Assembly (NCBI RefSeq): GCF_019393635.1
Contig: NC_057863.1
Location: 490,520,948-490,584,947, forward strand
Origin: Dromiciops gliroides
Taxonomy: Eukaryota
Direction: 5' to 3'
DNA: 64,000 nt
A program made the position numbers and the translations under genes. Of this stretch, positions 47,758-59,224 are shown piece by piece (within the stretch, counting starts at the first letter, position 1; the number at the start of each line of letters is the position of its first letter). The notes under the pieces are model-generated. The model ran no database searches, had not been told where the DNA came from, and worked only from the letters and a program-made list of their open reading frames with translations.

Positions 47758-47857
47758 CTGTTTTTTCCAACTATATTTAGATTTTGTGTTAAAGAATTCA
47801 AATGCTCCAGCACCATACTGTGACAAAGTCCTTAGGATATGACGATTTGCAGTGGAC
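47758..47857 (-). CDS. PARP4: PARP4 exon of 100 nt. Encodes (G)STANRHILRTLSQYGAGAFEFFNTKSKYSWKKQ.
   Basis: Acceptor aaatttgaccAG|GTCCAC, donor AAACAG|GTAAGT. Matches human GSTANRHVLRILSQCGAGVFEYFNAKSKHSWRKQ. Phase 2 in, phase 0 out. Confidence 0.9.
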
Positions 47858-48133
47858 CTGGTCAAATTTTAAAGGTTTAGTTTCAAAGATTTATGAAAAT
47901 AATTTCAAGAGTCTTTACAACGAAGTGTGTCAAAGCACAAAATGTCAACAGATGGTGCCATGCCCCAATGGGTGGTTTGGGGATTTGTAATTCAAAAGAA
48001 AAAAATAAAGCATATTAGGGAGAACATATGTAATTTAAATTCCTCAGACTAATGGATATGCTGATCTTTCTCAAGAAAGCTACTGGAAAATGATGATAAC
48101 AGATGGTCTTTCAGATGATACTTCTTTCTAAGT

Positions 48134-48426
48134 AGGGACCAATCTCTTTTCAACCAGAAGTAGGGGCAGGGCCTGAAATGATATTTACCACTTATACCTA
48201 TACTTCCAAATAATGCCTGTGCCTAACCCAAGTACCAAGGAAAAACAAACACCTTTTTCCCACAGCTTCTGTAATCCTGCTCTCTCCTAGTTCTTTTCTT
48301 GCCTGAGTCCTCCTTCTTAGTCTCCTTTGCTGATTTGCCATCCATTCTAGGTCTCCTAATCAAAGAAAACTCTTTGGCTCTTTCTGCAGTCTTTCCCTTG
48401 AGTATCTCCTCAGCTCTCACTAGTTC
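48134..48426 (-). repeat. Right arm of the inverted repeat. It lies in the PARP4 intron upstream of exon 47758-47857, 130 bp from the donor of exon 48556-48743.
   Basis: Reverse complement of 46629-46939. See the left-arm entry. Confidence 0.8.
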
Positions 48427-48555
48427 CTTCACCTTTTGGAAGTTATCTGTGTAACCTCTCTATTCTGTCCTAATTCCCTGTCCTGTGTAAACAACTGACT
48501 GTTGGCTGCTTACCACTTGATTTTCCATTGACATGATGATTTTTCTTGCACTTAC

Positions 48556-48743
48556 CCAATGCCACATGTAAATATGCGGGTGTGTCTAACATTTCTTTTT
48601 ACAATCTGCAATGTCAGGCTCTCATTCTGGATATGCCCATCAGATAGAAGAAGAATGTTGCGCATCCCTTGAGAAGGATAAAGTAAGTTTAAAAATCGAA
48701 GGATTTTCCAGAAGTCAGTATTTCCCATGGTAGGTGTAGCAGA
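48556..48743 (-). CDS. PARP4: PARP4 exon in the vWA domain. Encodes SATPTMGNTDFWKILRFLNLLYPSQGMRNILLLSDGHIQNESLTLQIVKRNVRHTRIFTCGI(G).
   Basis: Acceptor cttttcattttttccAG|TCTGCT, donor ATTGG|GTAAGT. Matches human SATPTMGNTDFWKTLRYLSLLYPARGSRNILLVSDGHLQDESLTLQLVKRSRPHTRLFACGIG. 188 nt, phase 0 to 2. Confidence 0.9.
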
Positions 48744-49792
48744 CTGGAAAAAATGAAAAGAAAGTGGTTTTTATTCACACTTTGTAAACTTGCTATTAAA
48801 TATTTCTTCTTTGGAATATGTCCCCTTCTTTAGAGAACCCCCCCCCCCCCTTATTTTTTCATTAAACACTTTTAAAAAATGACATAGTTGTTATTGTGCC
48901 TGGGGAAGAACAGCTAGACTAATATAATTTCATTTCTGCACTGAGTTTATAAAAAGAGGATTCTCACATTTCCTTTTAGATAACTAGAAAATACAAGCAT
49001 TCTCTTCAAGTGCCTAAATTAAGTGAGAATGTGTCCTTTTGTTACTGTTTGTTTTTACTAGGTCATTACACACCTAAATTTAAATGTCCACAAAAACAGT
49101 TAAACTTACATTTGCCACTAATTAAACTTTTTAATAAAGTATACCAGTGTATATTTACCTTTTCCCCCAACTTACAAACTATCCCATTAATACCCTCTAC
49201 AGCTAGCACTTTTTAAAGACAAAATGAAAGAGCTACTATCAAATTGTATTTTTACTTGCTTTATCATTGCTCTTAATTAGTGGCTGCAATCTTATTTTAG
49301 AGTGAGAAAATAGGAAAAATGAGTTTCTTTTGAATAAAAGTCACAAGAGCTCTTTGTGGCTGCTAGTCTCAAATTGCACATCATACATCAAGCTCTTTAT
49401 AGACCAATTGTTCAGGTCCATGGTTTAATTGGCTTACCTCCCCATCTGTGACTGACTCTCTGTAAAAATTATCTCCTGCCTTAAGTTGCCTGTCTACCAA
49501 AGATCACCAGTGTCTGCCTTCCTGCCTACCCATCTGTGAATATATCACCTTTTCCTCCTTCCTACCTCTTTATATAATGGTCACTGTTACATACTGGTTG
49601 CAATGCCTTTTCCAGATTGGAAAAATCAGCATCAAAAGTACAAAAGCTACATAAATAAATGGGATAGGAGCAGGCAATTGAACAAAAACAGGGATGAATA
49701 CCCAGGGCCTCAGAGGCAGAAAAGTGCTAAATCCTGGGAATGTCACTGAAATTTCGTAGGCAAAGACTCAAGAGATTAAGAAAGTGTTTTAG

Positions 49793-49960
49793 GGGCAGCT
49801 AGGTGGTGCAGTGGATAAAGCACCGGCCCTGGATTCAGGAAGACCTGAGTTCAGGTTGGACCTCAGACACTTGACACTTACTTAGCTGTGTGACCCTGGG
49901 CAAGTCACTTAACCCCTGTTGCCCCGCAAAAACCAAAAAAAACCCAAAACCAAACAAACA
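49793..49960 (+). mobile_element. SINE1/MAR1-type SINE with TSD aagaaagtKtttta. It inserted about 10 bp downstream of the splice donor of PARP4 exon 49973-50040.
   Basis: GGGGCAGCTAGGTGGTGCAGTGGATAAAGCACCGGCCCTGGATTCAGGAAGACCTGAGTTCAGGTTGGACCTCAGACACTTGACACTTACTTAGCTGTGTGACCCTGGGCAAGTCACTTAACCCCTGTTGCCCCGC + A/C-rich tail. The 3' TSD ends at ~49964. The donor GTGAGT occupies 49967-49972 on the minus strand. Confidence 0.85.
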
Positions 49961-49972
49961 AAAAAGAAAGTT

Positions 49973-50040
49973 TTTTACTCACCATAATAAACTCTGTCAG
50001 TTTAGGGTTGCTTGTGGAGTACTTAGGATATGGAAATAAT
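49973..50040 (-). CDS. PARP4: PARP4 exon of 68 nt. Encodes (T→S)FTELFPYPKYSTSNPKLTEFIM.
   Basis: Acceptor aaatttcattatacAG|GTTTTA, donor ATTATG|GTGAGT. Matches human GYKELFSYPKHITSNTMAAEFIM. Phase 1 in, phase 0 out. Confidence 0.85.
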
Positions 50041-52471
50041 TCTGTAAAACCTGTATAATGAAATTTGTTTGAAACTTCTATTAAATATTTATCCACAGTA
50101 TCATCATAGGATTCTATTTCTGTCAATAGAAATGTCTTAGACACTTGTTTATATACATTTATTGAGTTGGGCCTCACTTTTAGGACATCGTATTTATAAA
50201 AATCTTAATTTGTAATTAAAACAGAGGAATGACCTATGAGGGCCAGTCCCAGGGGCATGCACATGGATGTTTGGTGAATCCATTTCTAGAAATTCACGAT
50301 GATGTAGAACAAAAGTGTGTAGTTCTCCACTAAACACTGGTAAATGCTTCTTCTGTGACTGTTCCTGTGTACTTGCTGCAAGGTGAAGAAAGGCCTTTTG
50401 ACAAGGGGCTGAATAGAAACTGAGAGTTCATACAAAAGGCCCTAATACAAAAACTCCTTTTTCCCTTCCCCCTGGCCATTAGATATGAGGATGCCTCTGA
50501 TCTCTGGAGAGCCAGTGGTGAGGAGGGAGGTATCCTTTTCCCCTTTCCCCTTACCAGGTTAGCTGGTGAGTGTATGGCTTTGAAAGCAAGTCTGTATCTG
50601 GGATGGGGTTGCCTCCTGTTTATATTTTCTATTTGTTGGTACAGGACTTTCTGAGACTTTGAAAGGTCTAAGGATCAGAGGTCTAGTGACAGGTTACCAT
50701 ACTAAAGTTTGCTGACACTAGCTGAGAGCATCAACACCATCCTGAGAAACAACTCAGCCCAGTAGCGAATGTAAACATCCAGCTAGGATGCTCTCACCCT
50801 GAGCTGAGGGATCTACGTGGTCCAGTCTTAAAGTAGTTGCCTTGTTCCATCTAAATGTCATTGTCCAGCAGTAGTATCTACCAAGTCTTGTGGGGAGCCA
50901 GCACAGCCACCAAGTGACTTCACAACTCATCCCAGCAGAAGCCTGGCCCCTCCAGTGGAGATATTACATCTCAGTGTGAGTAAAGCCAGATGAGCTACTG
51001 GTGCCCTGGAGACCCCAGACCGTGTGAGGACCTAGCTCAGCTGAGCAGCAGAGTCCTTCATCCATCCCCAGTACTGAGCCTTCCTCACCACCAACACTGA
51101 GAGCACCCTCCAGAAAAAAGAAAGAATGCAGAGGCTCTGTAGCTTCATCCTTGTGAAGTGCCTTGGCCACCTATGTTCCCAACATGTGCACCTCACTGCT
51201 ATTGTGTTTTAAATTCATACTCACTCTTCTCCTCTTCCTACCCCCCCCCCCGATATATTTGGGGCAGAGTCTGCTGCTGGTGTTGGGGGAAATGCTTGGT
51301 AATTACAGTCGTTATATCATACGACTAAAGAACTGACTTTGCAGGAGTAAAGATGAGTGTGCCAGTGGAAGCACCTCTGGGGCAGTATTAGAAGACTCTC
51401 TGCCCACAGGATTCCTCTTAGAACCCTCAAGCAGTAGCATCCAAGCCTGTGGGTTTCCAACCTGCCAGCACCAGTAAGAGCTGGGCAAGTGAGACTTGAG
51501 AGGCATTAAAAAAAAAAAGATAAATTAAGGGGTAGCAAAGAGATTCAATTAACAATTTTGCCAATACATTTCCACCACAAAATCACTCATGTAGAACTCA
51601 ATTATAATGTAAAACAAGGTGTGTCTATATCTAACATGGCCCTTTATGTTTCTATAAAAATAGTAGGGCTGCACGTCCCCCTCTAGTTCTCCCAAGCATT
51701 CAGATTACTTGGCCAACACTAAGGCACAGGAGAAACTGTAAGTTTATGCCTTTCTCAGAATGATGTGGGCACATGGACTGATGGAGCACAGAGACCCATT
51801 TTCTCCTGTTCTATGTATCTTGCCTCCTCTTTAGAAGCAGTGCCTGATCCTCTTTCTCTTATGACTTTCACTGTCCCCACCTGGTGTAGAAGATCTGATT
51901 ACATATCTTTTAATAGCATTATGTTCCTCAAATAGAACTACAACCTAACAGTATCCCAAGGGATCTTAACCCCTTTTATGCCATGCACCCTTCTGGCAGT
52001 CTGGAGAAACCTATGGGGCCTTTCTTTAAAGGCTTTCCATTTAAATAATGGAAAGAAACACTAAATTAAGGTTAGAGGTTAGGAAAAATAAAAATGTGAT
52101 TTTTCTTCTTCCCATCTGAGTTCACAGACCCTCTGAATTATCCACAGATGCCAGGTTAAAAATTCCTGTTGCACAGACTCAGAATCCCAGAGTTGAAAGA
52201 GATCACAATCCAACCTGTACCTGGACAGAAGTTTTCAATATGACATACTCCATTATTGTTATCCTGCTTCCATTTAAGGTCTCTAGTAACAAGGAGCCCA
52301 CTACCTCTTGAGGGAGCACACTACACTTTCTGACAATTCTAATACTTCTAATACTAATACAGTTGCAAATTTTCCCATCAAGGTAATTCACATCCTTCCT
52401 TTTCACTCTTACCTTTTCAGTTTAATTTTAGAAAGTCATAATGTCAGAGCATAAAATAACAGAAAACTTAC

Positions 52472-52667
52472 TTGTGCCAAACTTGATAACATTTATTTTT
52501 TGGTTCTCGTGGATGAGAGACAGAGCATGTAAGGCAATTTGTTTTGCTTGCAGTAATTCTGAGCCCTCCATAGAGTTGGAGCAATCCAGGCAAATAATAA
52601 CTTCACTAGTAGGGGTCTCTTCTGGCAATGCAGTACTGAAGTCTGGATGGAACACAAGCATGCAGGC
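52472..52667 (-). CDS. PARP4: PARP4 exon, start of the von Willebrand factor A domain. Encodes ACMLVFHPDFSTALPEETPTSEVIICLDCSNSMEGSELLQAKQIALHALSLIHENQKINVIKFGT.
   Basis: Acceptor ctccttcTAG|GCCTGC, donor GGCACAA|GTAAGT. Matches human ACMLVFQPDLDVDLPDLASESEVIICLDCSSSMEGVTFLQAKQIALHALSLVGEKQKVNIIQFGT. The vWA metal-binding motif is present (D-x-S-x-S). Confidence 0.9.
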
Positions 52668-52790
52668 CTAGAAGGAGGAGGGAGACAACAGCTGAAATGT
52701 AGCAAATGCATCTTATAACTTCAACTGGAAATGAAAAAAATCTTTATTGTGAAAGAAATTGTTTTACTAATATGTTTTTTAAATTAAAAA

Positions 52791-52938
52791 AAATTTTTTT
52801 GCAGGGCAATGAGGGTTAAGTAACTTGCCCAGGGTCACACAGCTAGTAAGTGTCAAGTGTCTGAGGTTGGATTTGAACTCAGGTCCTCCTGAATCCAGAG
52901 CCAGTGTTCTATCCACTGTACCACCCAGCTGCCCCCTA
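52791..52938 (-). mobile_element. SINE1/MAR1-type SINE, reverse orientation, TSD ctaatatgtt. It lies ~125 bp 5' of the acceptor of exon 52472-52667.
   Basis: Poly-T then gcagggcaatgagggttaagtaacttgcccagggtcacacagctagtaagtgtcaagtgtctgaggttggatttgaactcaggtcctcctgaatccagagccagtgttctatccactgtaccacccagctgcccc. Confidence 0.85.
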
Positions 52939-53149
52939 ATATGTTAATAACCAATTATTAAATTAGTATCTAGACTTTTTGCCTTTATTTCCTCATTTAA
53001 AGCCCAGCTCCTCTAAAAAGTCAGTTTCTGAAGGACATGAGTGATCAATGCTATTGCCTTAACCCTCAAGGAACATGTTCTTCAATCTCGGGTATGACCC
53101 CCACCCAACCAGGAGACCTAACTTCTGTTTAGAGTGAAAATAGAATCCA

Positions 53150-53862
53150 GTGGGGGAGGGTTTACCCCAGGGAAATGGGGCCCTCTCAGAGATCATAAAA
53201 AAGGGAAAAGTACCAACATGTACAAAAAATATTTTTAGCAGCTCTTTTTGTGGTAACAAAGAATTGGAAATCAAGGGGATGCATACCAATTGGGGAATGG
53301 CTGAACAAGCTGTGGTATATGAATGTAATGGAATACTATTGTGCTATAAGAAATGATAAATAGGCAGATTTCAGAAAAATCTGGAAAGACTTTTGTGGAC
53401 TGATGCTGAATGAAGTGAGCAGAACCAGAACATTGTACACAGTAACACCAACATTGTGTGATGATTAACTATGATAGACCTAGCTCTTCTCAGCAATACA
53501 ATGATCCAAGACAATTCCAAAGGACTCATGATGGAAAATGTTTTCCACATCCAGGAAAAAAGAACTGTGGAATCTGAATGCAGATTGAACCAGACTGTTT
53601 CTACTTTTTTTGTTTGTTTTTTATTTTTTGAGGTTTTTTCCTTTTGTTCTGATTCTTTCTTCACAACATGACTAATGCAAAAATATGTTTAATGTGATTT
53701 AACATATATAACCTATATAAGATTGCTTTCTGTCTTGAGGAGGGGGCAAGAAAGGAAGGGAGGGAGAAAAATTTGGATCTCAAAATCTTATAAAAACAAA
53801 TGCTGAAAACTATCTTTACATGTAACCGGAAAAAAAAATACTATTAAGATTGAAAAAAAAAG
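53150..53862 (+). mobile_element. L1 3'-terminal fragment, ORF2 end plus 3' UTR.
   Basis: Encodes …KGKVPTCTKNIFSSSFCGNKELEIKGMHTNWGMAEQAVVYECNGILLCYKK… then a 3' UTR matching the other L1 ends (…gactaatgcaaaaatatgtttaatgtgatt…gggggcaagaaaggaagggagggagaaaaatttggatctcaaaatcttataaaaacaaatgctgaaaactatctttacatgtaaccgg). Confidence 0.8.
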
Positions 53863-54507
53863 GTATTTAAGACATTCAGTGTCTCCATGGGTTTGTCTTT
53901 GGTTACCTAGAAAAAATACTAACCATCAAATTATCGATTGCCAGCTGGTCTAATTAATAAATTATTAATTCTCCAGAAATTCTGTCTCTCGCCTTTGTTA
54001 CAATTATGACTTTCAGTTGGTCTTTCATTTAAAAGTGAAAATAATTTTTACTTTGCTACTTGAGGTATCAAGTCCATAAAATTTAATTTTAAAGTATTGA
54101 CAGAATTCTAGTTTTAAGTTCCAAAATGAAGAAGGCAAAATTAAACTAAGCAACATAAAAAGAATTACACAATAAAAATAGTAGCGTGAAGTGACCAAAA
54201 CCAGGAGAACAATTTATGCAATAACAACAATGTTGTAAAGAAAAAGGACTTTGAGGAAATGAAAAGTTCTGAGCTATGTGATGACCAGCCATGGTTCTAG
54301 AAGCCTGGTGAAGCAACATGAAAATAGAGGTGGTGAGCTCAAGTAACAAGAATAACACTCAATTTTGGGGAATTGGTTTTCCTTAACTATTGTGGTAAAA
54401 TTATTAGGATTCAGCTGACTCATTTGGGAGGGGCCACACCTGGCCCGCCCTGAAGTTACATATGCTACTATGGTCAGAAGGAGAAGCCTCTCTCCATAGG
54501 CAGTTTG

Positions 54508-54664
54508 TTGTTGTTGTTTTTGTTTTTGCAGGGCAATGAGGATTAAGTGAATTGCCCAGGGTCACACAGCTAGTTAAATGTCAAATGTCTGAGGCTGTAT
54601 TTGAACTCAGGTCCTCCTGAATCCAAGGCCAGTGCTTTATCCACTGCGCCACCTTGCTTCCCCT
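54508..54664 (-). mobile_element. SINE1/MAR1-type SINE, reverse orientation, 15-bp TSD ctccataggcagttt.
   Basis: T-rich run then gcagggcaatgaggattaagtgaattgcccagggtcacacagctagttaaatgtcaaatgtctgaggctgtatttgaactcaggtcctcctgaatccaaggccagtgctttatccactgcgccaccttgcttcccc. Confidence 0.85.
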
Positions 54665-54920
54665 CCATAGGCAGTTTTTGAAGGACCTCCCCTTTTGGGG
54701 GAGGAAAATTGGATGCTCACTGAGGGGGAGATTGAGTCTCTTCCGGAGCTTGAGCTCTTCTTCCTTCTTCTTCCCTGGCAGTGGTGGGAGCAGGAGCAGC
54801 AACAGCCAAGTCACTCAAGCCTGGTGGTTGTAAGTTGTGCCTTCCATTGAAGCTAAAAGCTCCAGGTGGTAAGATGCTCTGTTCCTTTGAATAGGCTTAG
54901 GTTAGAGCTAGGAGGTTTGG

Positions 54921-55075
54921 GGTTTGTTTGTTTTTTTTTGCAATGGGCAATGGGGGTTAAGTGACTTGCCCAGGGTCACACAGTGAGTAAGTGTCAAGTG
55001 TCTGAAGCCGGATTTGAACTCAGGTCCTCCTGAATCCAGGGCCAGTGCTTTAGCCACTTTGTCACCTAGCTGCCC
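54921..55075 (-). mobile_element. SINE1/MAR1-type SINE, reverse orientation, TSD tagagctaggagg.
   Basis: T-run then gcaatgggcaatgggggttaagtgacttgcccagggtcacacagtgagtaagtgtcaagtgtctgaagccggatttgaactcaggtcctcctgaatccagggccagtgctttagccactttgtcacctagctgcccc. Confidence 0.85.
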
Positions 55076-57954
55076 CTAGAGCTAGGAGGATTAACTGTAT
55101 TTCCTTTTCTCTATTTCCTTGTCTTTGATTTTATTAATTTCACCTTTGCTGTTTACTTTATTCTCCCCAATAAAACATCTGTGGAACAGAGGCTGTAAGG
55201 CTCCTTTCTTATTGGCCTGGGAGAAATATCTAAAAAGGCAGTTTCTGAAGGGAGGGAGCTTTAAACCTAGAGGTCCCTCATTATCTCCAGGACCCCAATA
55301 TTTAGGCAAGCCACCCAATTAACTCTTCATATATTAAATTTGGCCCCCACACTATGCATATCTTGTGGAGTTTTTCTCCACCAGTGGAGGAGAGGTGAGA
55401 TGCAGAAAATAAGATTTTTAAGCAAAAACAAAAACAAAAATAAAGAAAAGAGAATTGAGGACATGAATTGTTTTTTATTTTTGTTTTTATTTTTCCTTTG
55501 TCTCCGTATCACTTTCCACAGTCCTTGGCACATAGTAAATGTTTAATAAATGCTTGTTGATGAATTGAAGAATAAAATGGAATATTACTGTACTGCAAGA
55601 AATGATGAGAAAGAATTCAGAGAAAACATGAACTGGTATAGCAAGAAGCAAGCAGGACCAAGAAAACAATAGACATAATGATCACAATAACATAAATAAA
55701 AAGAACAATAAAAAGAAGTCAAGTGCTATATAACTGAAACACCTTGTCTTGGTCTACTAGAGTAGATATAGAAACATGATTCCCTATTTTTCTTGGAGAA
55801 ATATGAGGTTGTGGACAGGGAATGCAGCATTTGGGGCAACATGTGGCTGCTGGGTCCAGTGGTTTTGCTGAACTGCTTTTTTGTTTGTTACAAGAGAAGG
55901 CTCACTGGGTAGGAATGTCCAGAAATGACTACGATATGAAAACAAAAGTTACCAATAAAACTTTAAAAAAAAGTGAGGGTGTTGGGCTAGATGGTCTGTA
56001 ACTTCCCTTCTTGTTCTCAAACCTAGTAATTTATGTAAGCATTACAGCAGGAATTTCTTGGTACCTTGAAGAATCAACTGTTTAAAATGCTAATTGACAA
56101 AAAAAGGAACACAAAAAACCCCCCTAAAACCCTCTGCAATTTCTTCTTCAATATCAAGCAAGTCCCTCACAATCTTACTGAATTTTAGGAGTTTAGAAGC
56201 CATTCGATCAGATTTATATTTGATCAGATTTATAACTGGGAAGGATCTTACTGATCACCTAATCTTTTACAGCTGAGGAAAAATGAGACTTAAAAGTTAA
56301 TCCAAATCCCTTATGTTACAAATAATGAAATATAATTAAATTCAACCGAACACCTATTTATTAAAGGTCTACTATGTGCAAAACTGTGATAAGTAGCAGA
56401 GCTACAAACACAAAAACAAAACAGCTCCTGCTTTCAAGGAGCTGACAATCCATTGACATCCTGGGAGCAAAATGATACCTAGGGATACATATCTAATAGC
56501 AGAGACAGGATCTGAATCCAAGATTAGAGTGTATTCTGTCACAGTAATTAAATGAATATACAAAGATAGATTTAGAATGGGAAGGCACTTTGGAAGTCAT
56601 CCAGTCTAATGTCTGCATTTTATAGATGAGGTCACTAAGACCCAAAATTTAAGTGACTTGTGCCCAGTCATCCACAGAATAAATGGGAGAGCTGAGAAAT
56701 GATTCCAGGTCCTTTGACTTCAAACCCATTATCCTCCATACCTGATTTTTTCTTCTTTCTTCAAAGAAGTTCAGTACTGAGGTCAAGTTAGGTATAACTA
56801 ACATACAATTATGCTATGTATAATTATTCTACATGTGGTGAGAAATCACAAATATCCTATTGGTTTTTTTAGAGGCCTGCTAAGTCAGAAAAATGCCATA
56901 GATATGGCGTATTTGATTTTCTAAAAATCATTTGACAAAAAATTAAATAAAAATGTCTTAAGTTAAAAAAGATTTTAAAAAATAAAATCACTTGATAAAA
57001 ATCTCCTGTTATCTTTGTGTATTAGATGGTGAAATAAGGGCTAGGTTATAATACAGTTAGATGAATTTACAGAGTTAAACAGTTGCACCCAAAGAATGTT
57101 GATTCATAAATCATTTTCAGCTTAGATAAAGGCCTCTAGGGGAAGGCCACAAAGCTCAGTGCTTGGCTCAGATTTCTTTCAATTACTTGTCAATCACAAC
57201 CAGCCTATGTCTATCAATTTTGTAGATGATACAAAACCTTAAAGATATAGCCAATATAATAGGTGACAGAAAAAATTCAAAATTATCTCAACAGGTTAGA
57301 AAATTGAGAAGTAGGAACTTCCCACAAATAGGAATCTTGGGATAAGATTACTGAGGGCCAACAACCTGATGTTCTATACTATCTGCTTCTGCTAGTTTTA
57401 GGGTTTGCAGGCAGAGAAATTTAGTTATACTCCATGACAGGAGTCAACCTCAAGGATCACAAGGAGAAGAGGCAAGATATTGTCAACAATTCCAAAACAA
57501 TAGAACCATGGCAGATATCAACAAACATCCAGGAGGTTCTGGGTTTGGGGAGAGAAAAGGGGAGGGGGGAGGGAGGAAAGAAGGGAGAGAGGAATGGAGA
57601 GACAGATAGAGGCACAGAGACATACAGACAGAGAGACAATGAGACAGAAAGAACCAAACCATTTAATTATTTAATTAAAAAAGAAGCAGAAACAAAAAGA
57701 AAGAGTTGTCTTCTTTGAAAGGAATGGATTATTTGTTATATAGGATAACTCTCTGGGAGTGGGAAGAAGAGGAACACTAGGAGAAATACTGGTGATATAA
57801 AAAACAAAAGATAGCAATAAAAATTATTTTAAAAAAAGTCATAGTGATAAAATAATTTTAAAATAAAAATAATTTTTAAAAAGGGACAGATTGGGTAAAA
57901 GGTATGCTAAAATAATACTGTATATCAAGAAAACATACCTACGTGGAAACCATC

Positions 57955-58090
57955 AACTTTTTAAAAAAAATCTATTTATTTACTTATTTATTCAATCATC
58001 CATCCATCCATTTTATTTATTTATTTGTTCATTGATTGATGGATTTGTTCATTCATTCGTTTATTCATTTATTTATTTATTTATTTATTT
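57955..58090. repeat. (TTTA/TTCA)n-type low-complexity microsatellite.
   Basis: Direct read: tttatttacttatttattcaatcatccatccatccattttatttatttatttgttcattgattgatggatttgttcattcattcgtttattcatttatttatttatttattt. Confidence 0.85.
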
Positions 58091-58225
58091 GTGGGGCAAT
58101 GAGGAATAAGTAACTTGCCCAGGGTCACACAGCTAGTAAGTGCCAAGTGTCTGAGGCCGGATTTGAACTGAGGTCCTCCTGAATCCGGGGCTGGTGCTCT
58201 ATCCACTGCACCACCTAGCTTCCCC
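58091..58225 (-). mobile_element. SINE1/MAR1-type SINE, reverse orientation.
   Basis: gtggggcaatgaggaataagtaacttgcccagggtcacacagctagtaagtgccaagtgtctgaggccggatttgaactgaggtcctcctgaatccggggctggtgctctatccactgcaccacctagcttcccc. Confidence 0.85.
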
Positions 58226-58417
58226 CAAAACCATTAACTTTAAATGGATATACGGTAGACAGTATTTGGGTGAGGGTCAATGGAAAGAGAAACAAGAAGT
58301 ATTGTAGGGGAAACGGGGGACAATAAAAATTGCCTAGCCAGGAAAAGGAAAAGGATTATGAATTTGATAGATTTTGAAAAATTAGAGAATGGGACTAAAT
58401 CTTGGCAAATTTCCTTA

Positions 58418-58565
58418 TTTTTTGTTTTTTGCGAGGCAATTGGGGTTAAGTGACTTGCCCAGGGTCACACAGCTAGTAAGTGTTAAGTGTCTGAGGTCAG
58501 ATTTAAACTCAGGTCCTACTGACTCCAGGGCTGGTGCTCTATCCATTGTGCCACCTAGCTGCCCC
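58418..58565 (-). mobile_element. SINE1/MAR1-type SINE, reverse orientation.
   Basis: T-rich run then gcgaggcaattggggttaagtgacttgcccagggtcacacagctagtaagtgttaagtgtctgaggtcagatttaaactcaggtcctactgactccagggctggtgctctatccattgtgccacctagctgcccc. Confidence 0.85.
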
Positions 58566-58692
58566 AAATTCAAAAAGGGGAAGAATTAATTTTTAAACTA
58601 TAGACCAATAAGTCTGATAGTGATTTCTGACAAATTTCTAGAATGAATTAATAGTATGATTGACAAGCTCCCAGTTAAGAAAAAGGTGATTG

Positions 58693-58850
58693 AGGGGCAG
58701 CTAGGTGGTGCAGTGGTTAAAGCACCAGCCCTGGATTCAGGAGGACCTGAGTTCAAATCCGGCCTCAGACACTTAACACTTACTAGCTGTGTGACCCTGG
58801 GCAAGTCACTTAACCCCCACTGCCTGCAAAAAACTAAAAAATAAACAAAA
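58693..58850 (+). mobile_element. SINE1/MAR1-type SINE with TSD gaaaaaggtgat.
   Basis: GGGGCAGCTAGGTGGTGCAGTGGTTAAAGCACCAGCCCTGGATTCAGGAGGACCTGAGTTCAAATCCGGCCTCAGACACTTAACACTTACTAGCTGTGTGACCCTGGGCAAGTCACTTAACCCCCACTGCCTGC + A-rich tail. Flanking direct repeats. Confidence 0.9.
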
Positions 58851-59224
58851 GAAAAAGGTGATCATTATAAATTAATAAGAATTCAACAAGAACAAGGTGG
58901 CTCACTCTAACCTCATTTCTGTACTTAATAGGATTAATTCACATGTGGTAGAACGAGAGAATGTAAAAGACATAGTATAATTGGATTTCCATAAAGTATC
59001 TGACAAAATTTTCCATGATATGCTTGTTGACAGGATAGAGAAATGATGCATGGTAAAAGAATAGGATCACATAATTGTAGCACTAGGAGGGGCTTCAGAG
59101 GACATCTAGTCTAACCCCTACTCAAAGCATGTAACCCCTATATAATAGTTTTGACAAGTGATCATCCATCCTTTTCTGGAAAACATTGAGTGATAGAGAA
59201 CTCTATCTCTTAGTTTTTGGACAG

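Noticed and set aside
4836-58850. tRNA genes suggested by the tRNA-like 5' ends (GGGGCAGCTAGGTGGCGCAGTGGATAGAGCAC…GAGTTCAAATC…).
   Set aside because: Every occurrence continues into the SINE body and A-tail and recurs about 35 times in both orientations. These are tRNA-derived SINE heads, not bona fide tRNA genes. They have no proper acceptor stem or CCA end and no tRNA-length boundaries.
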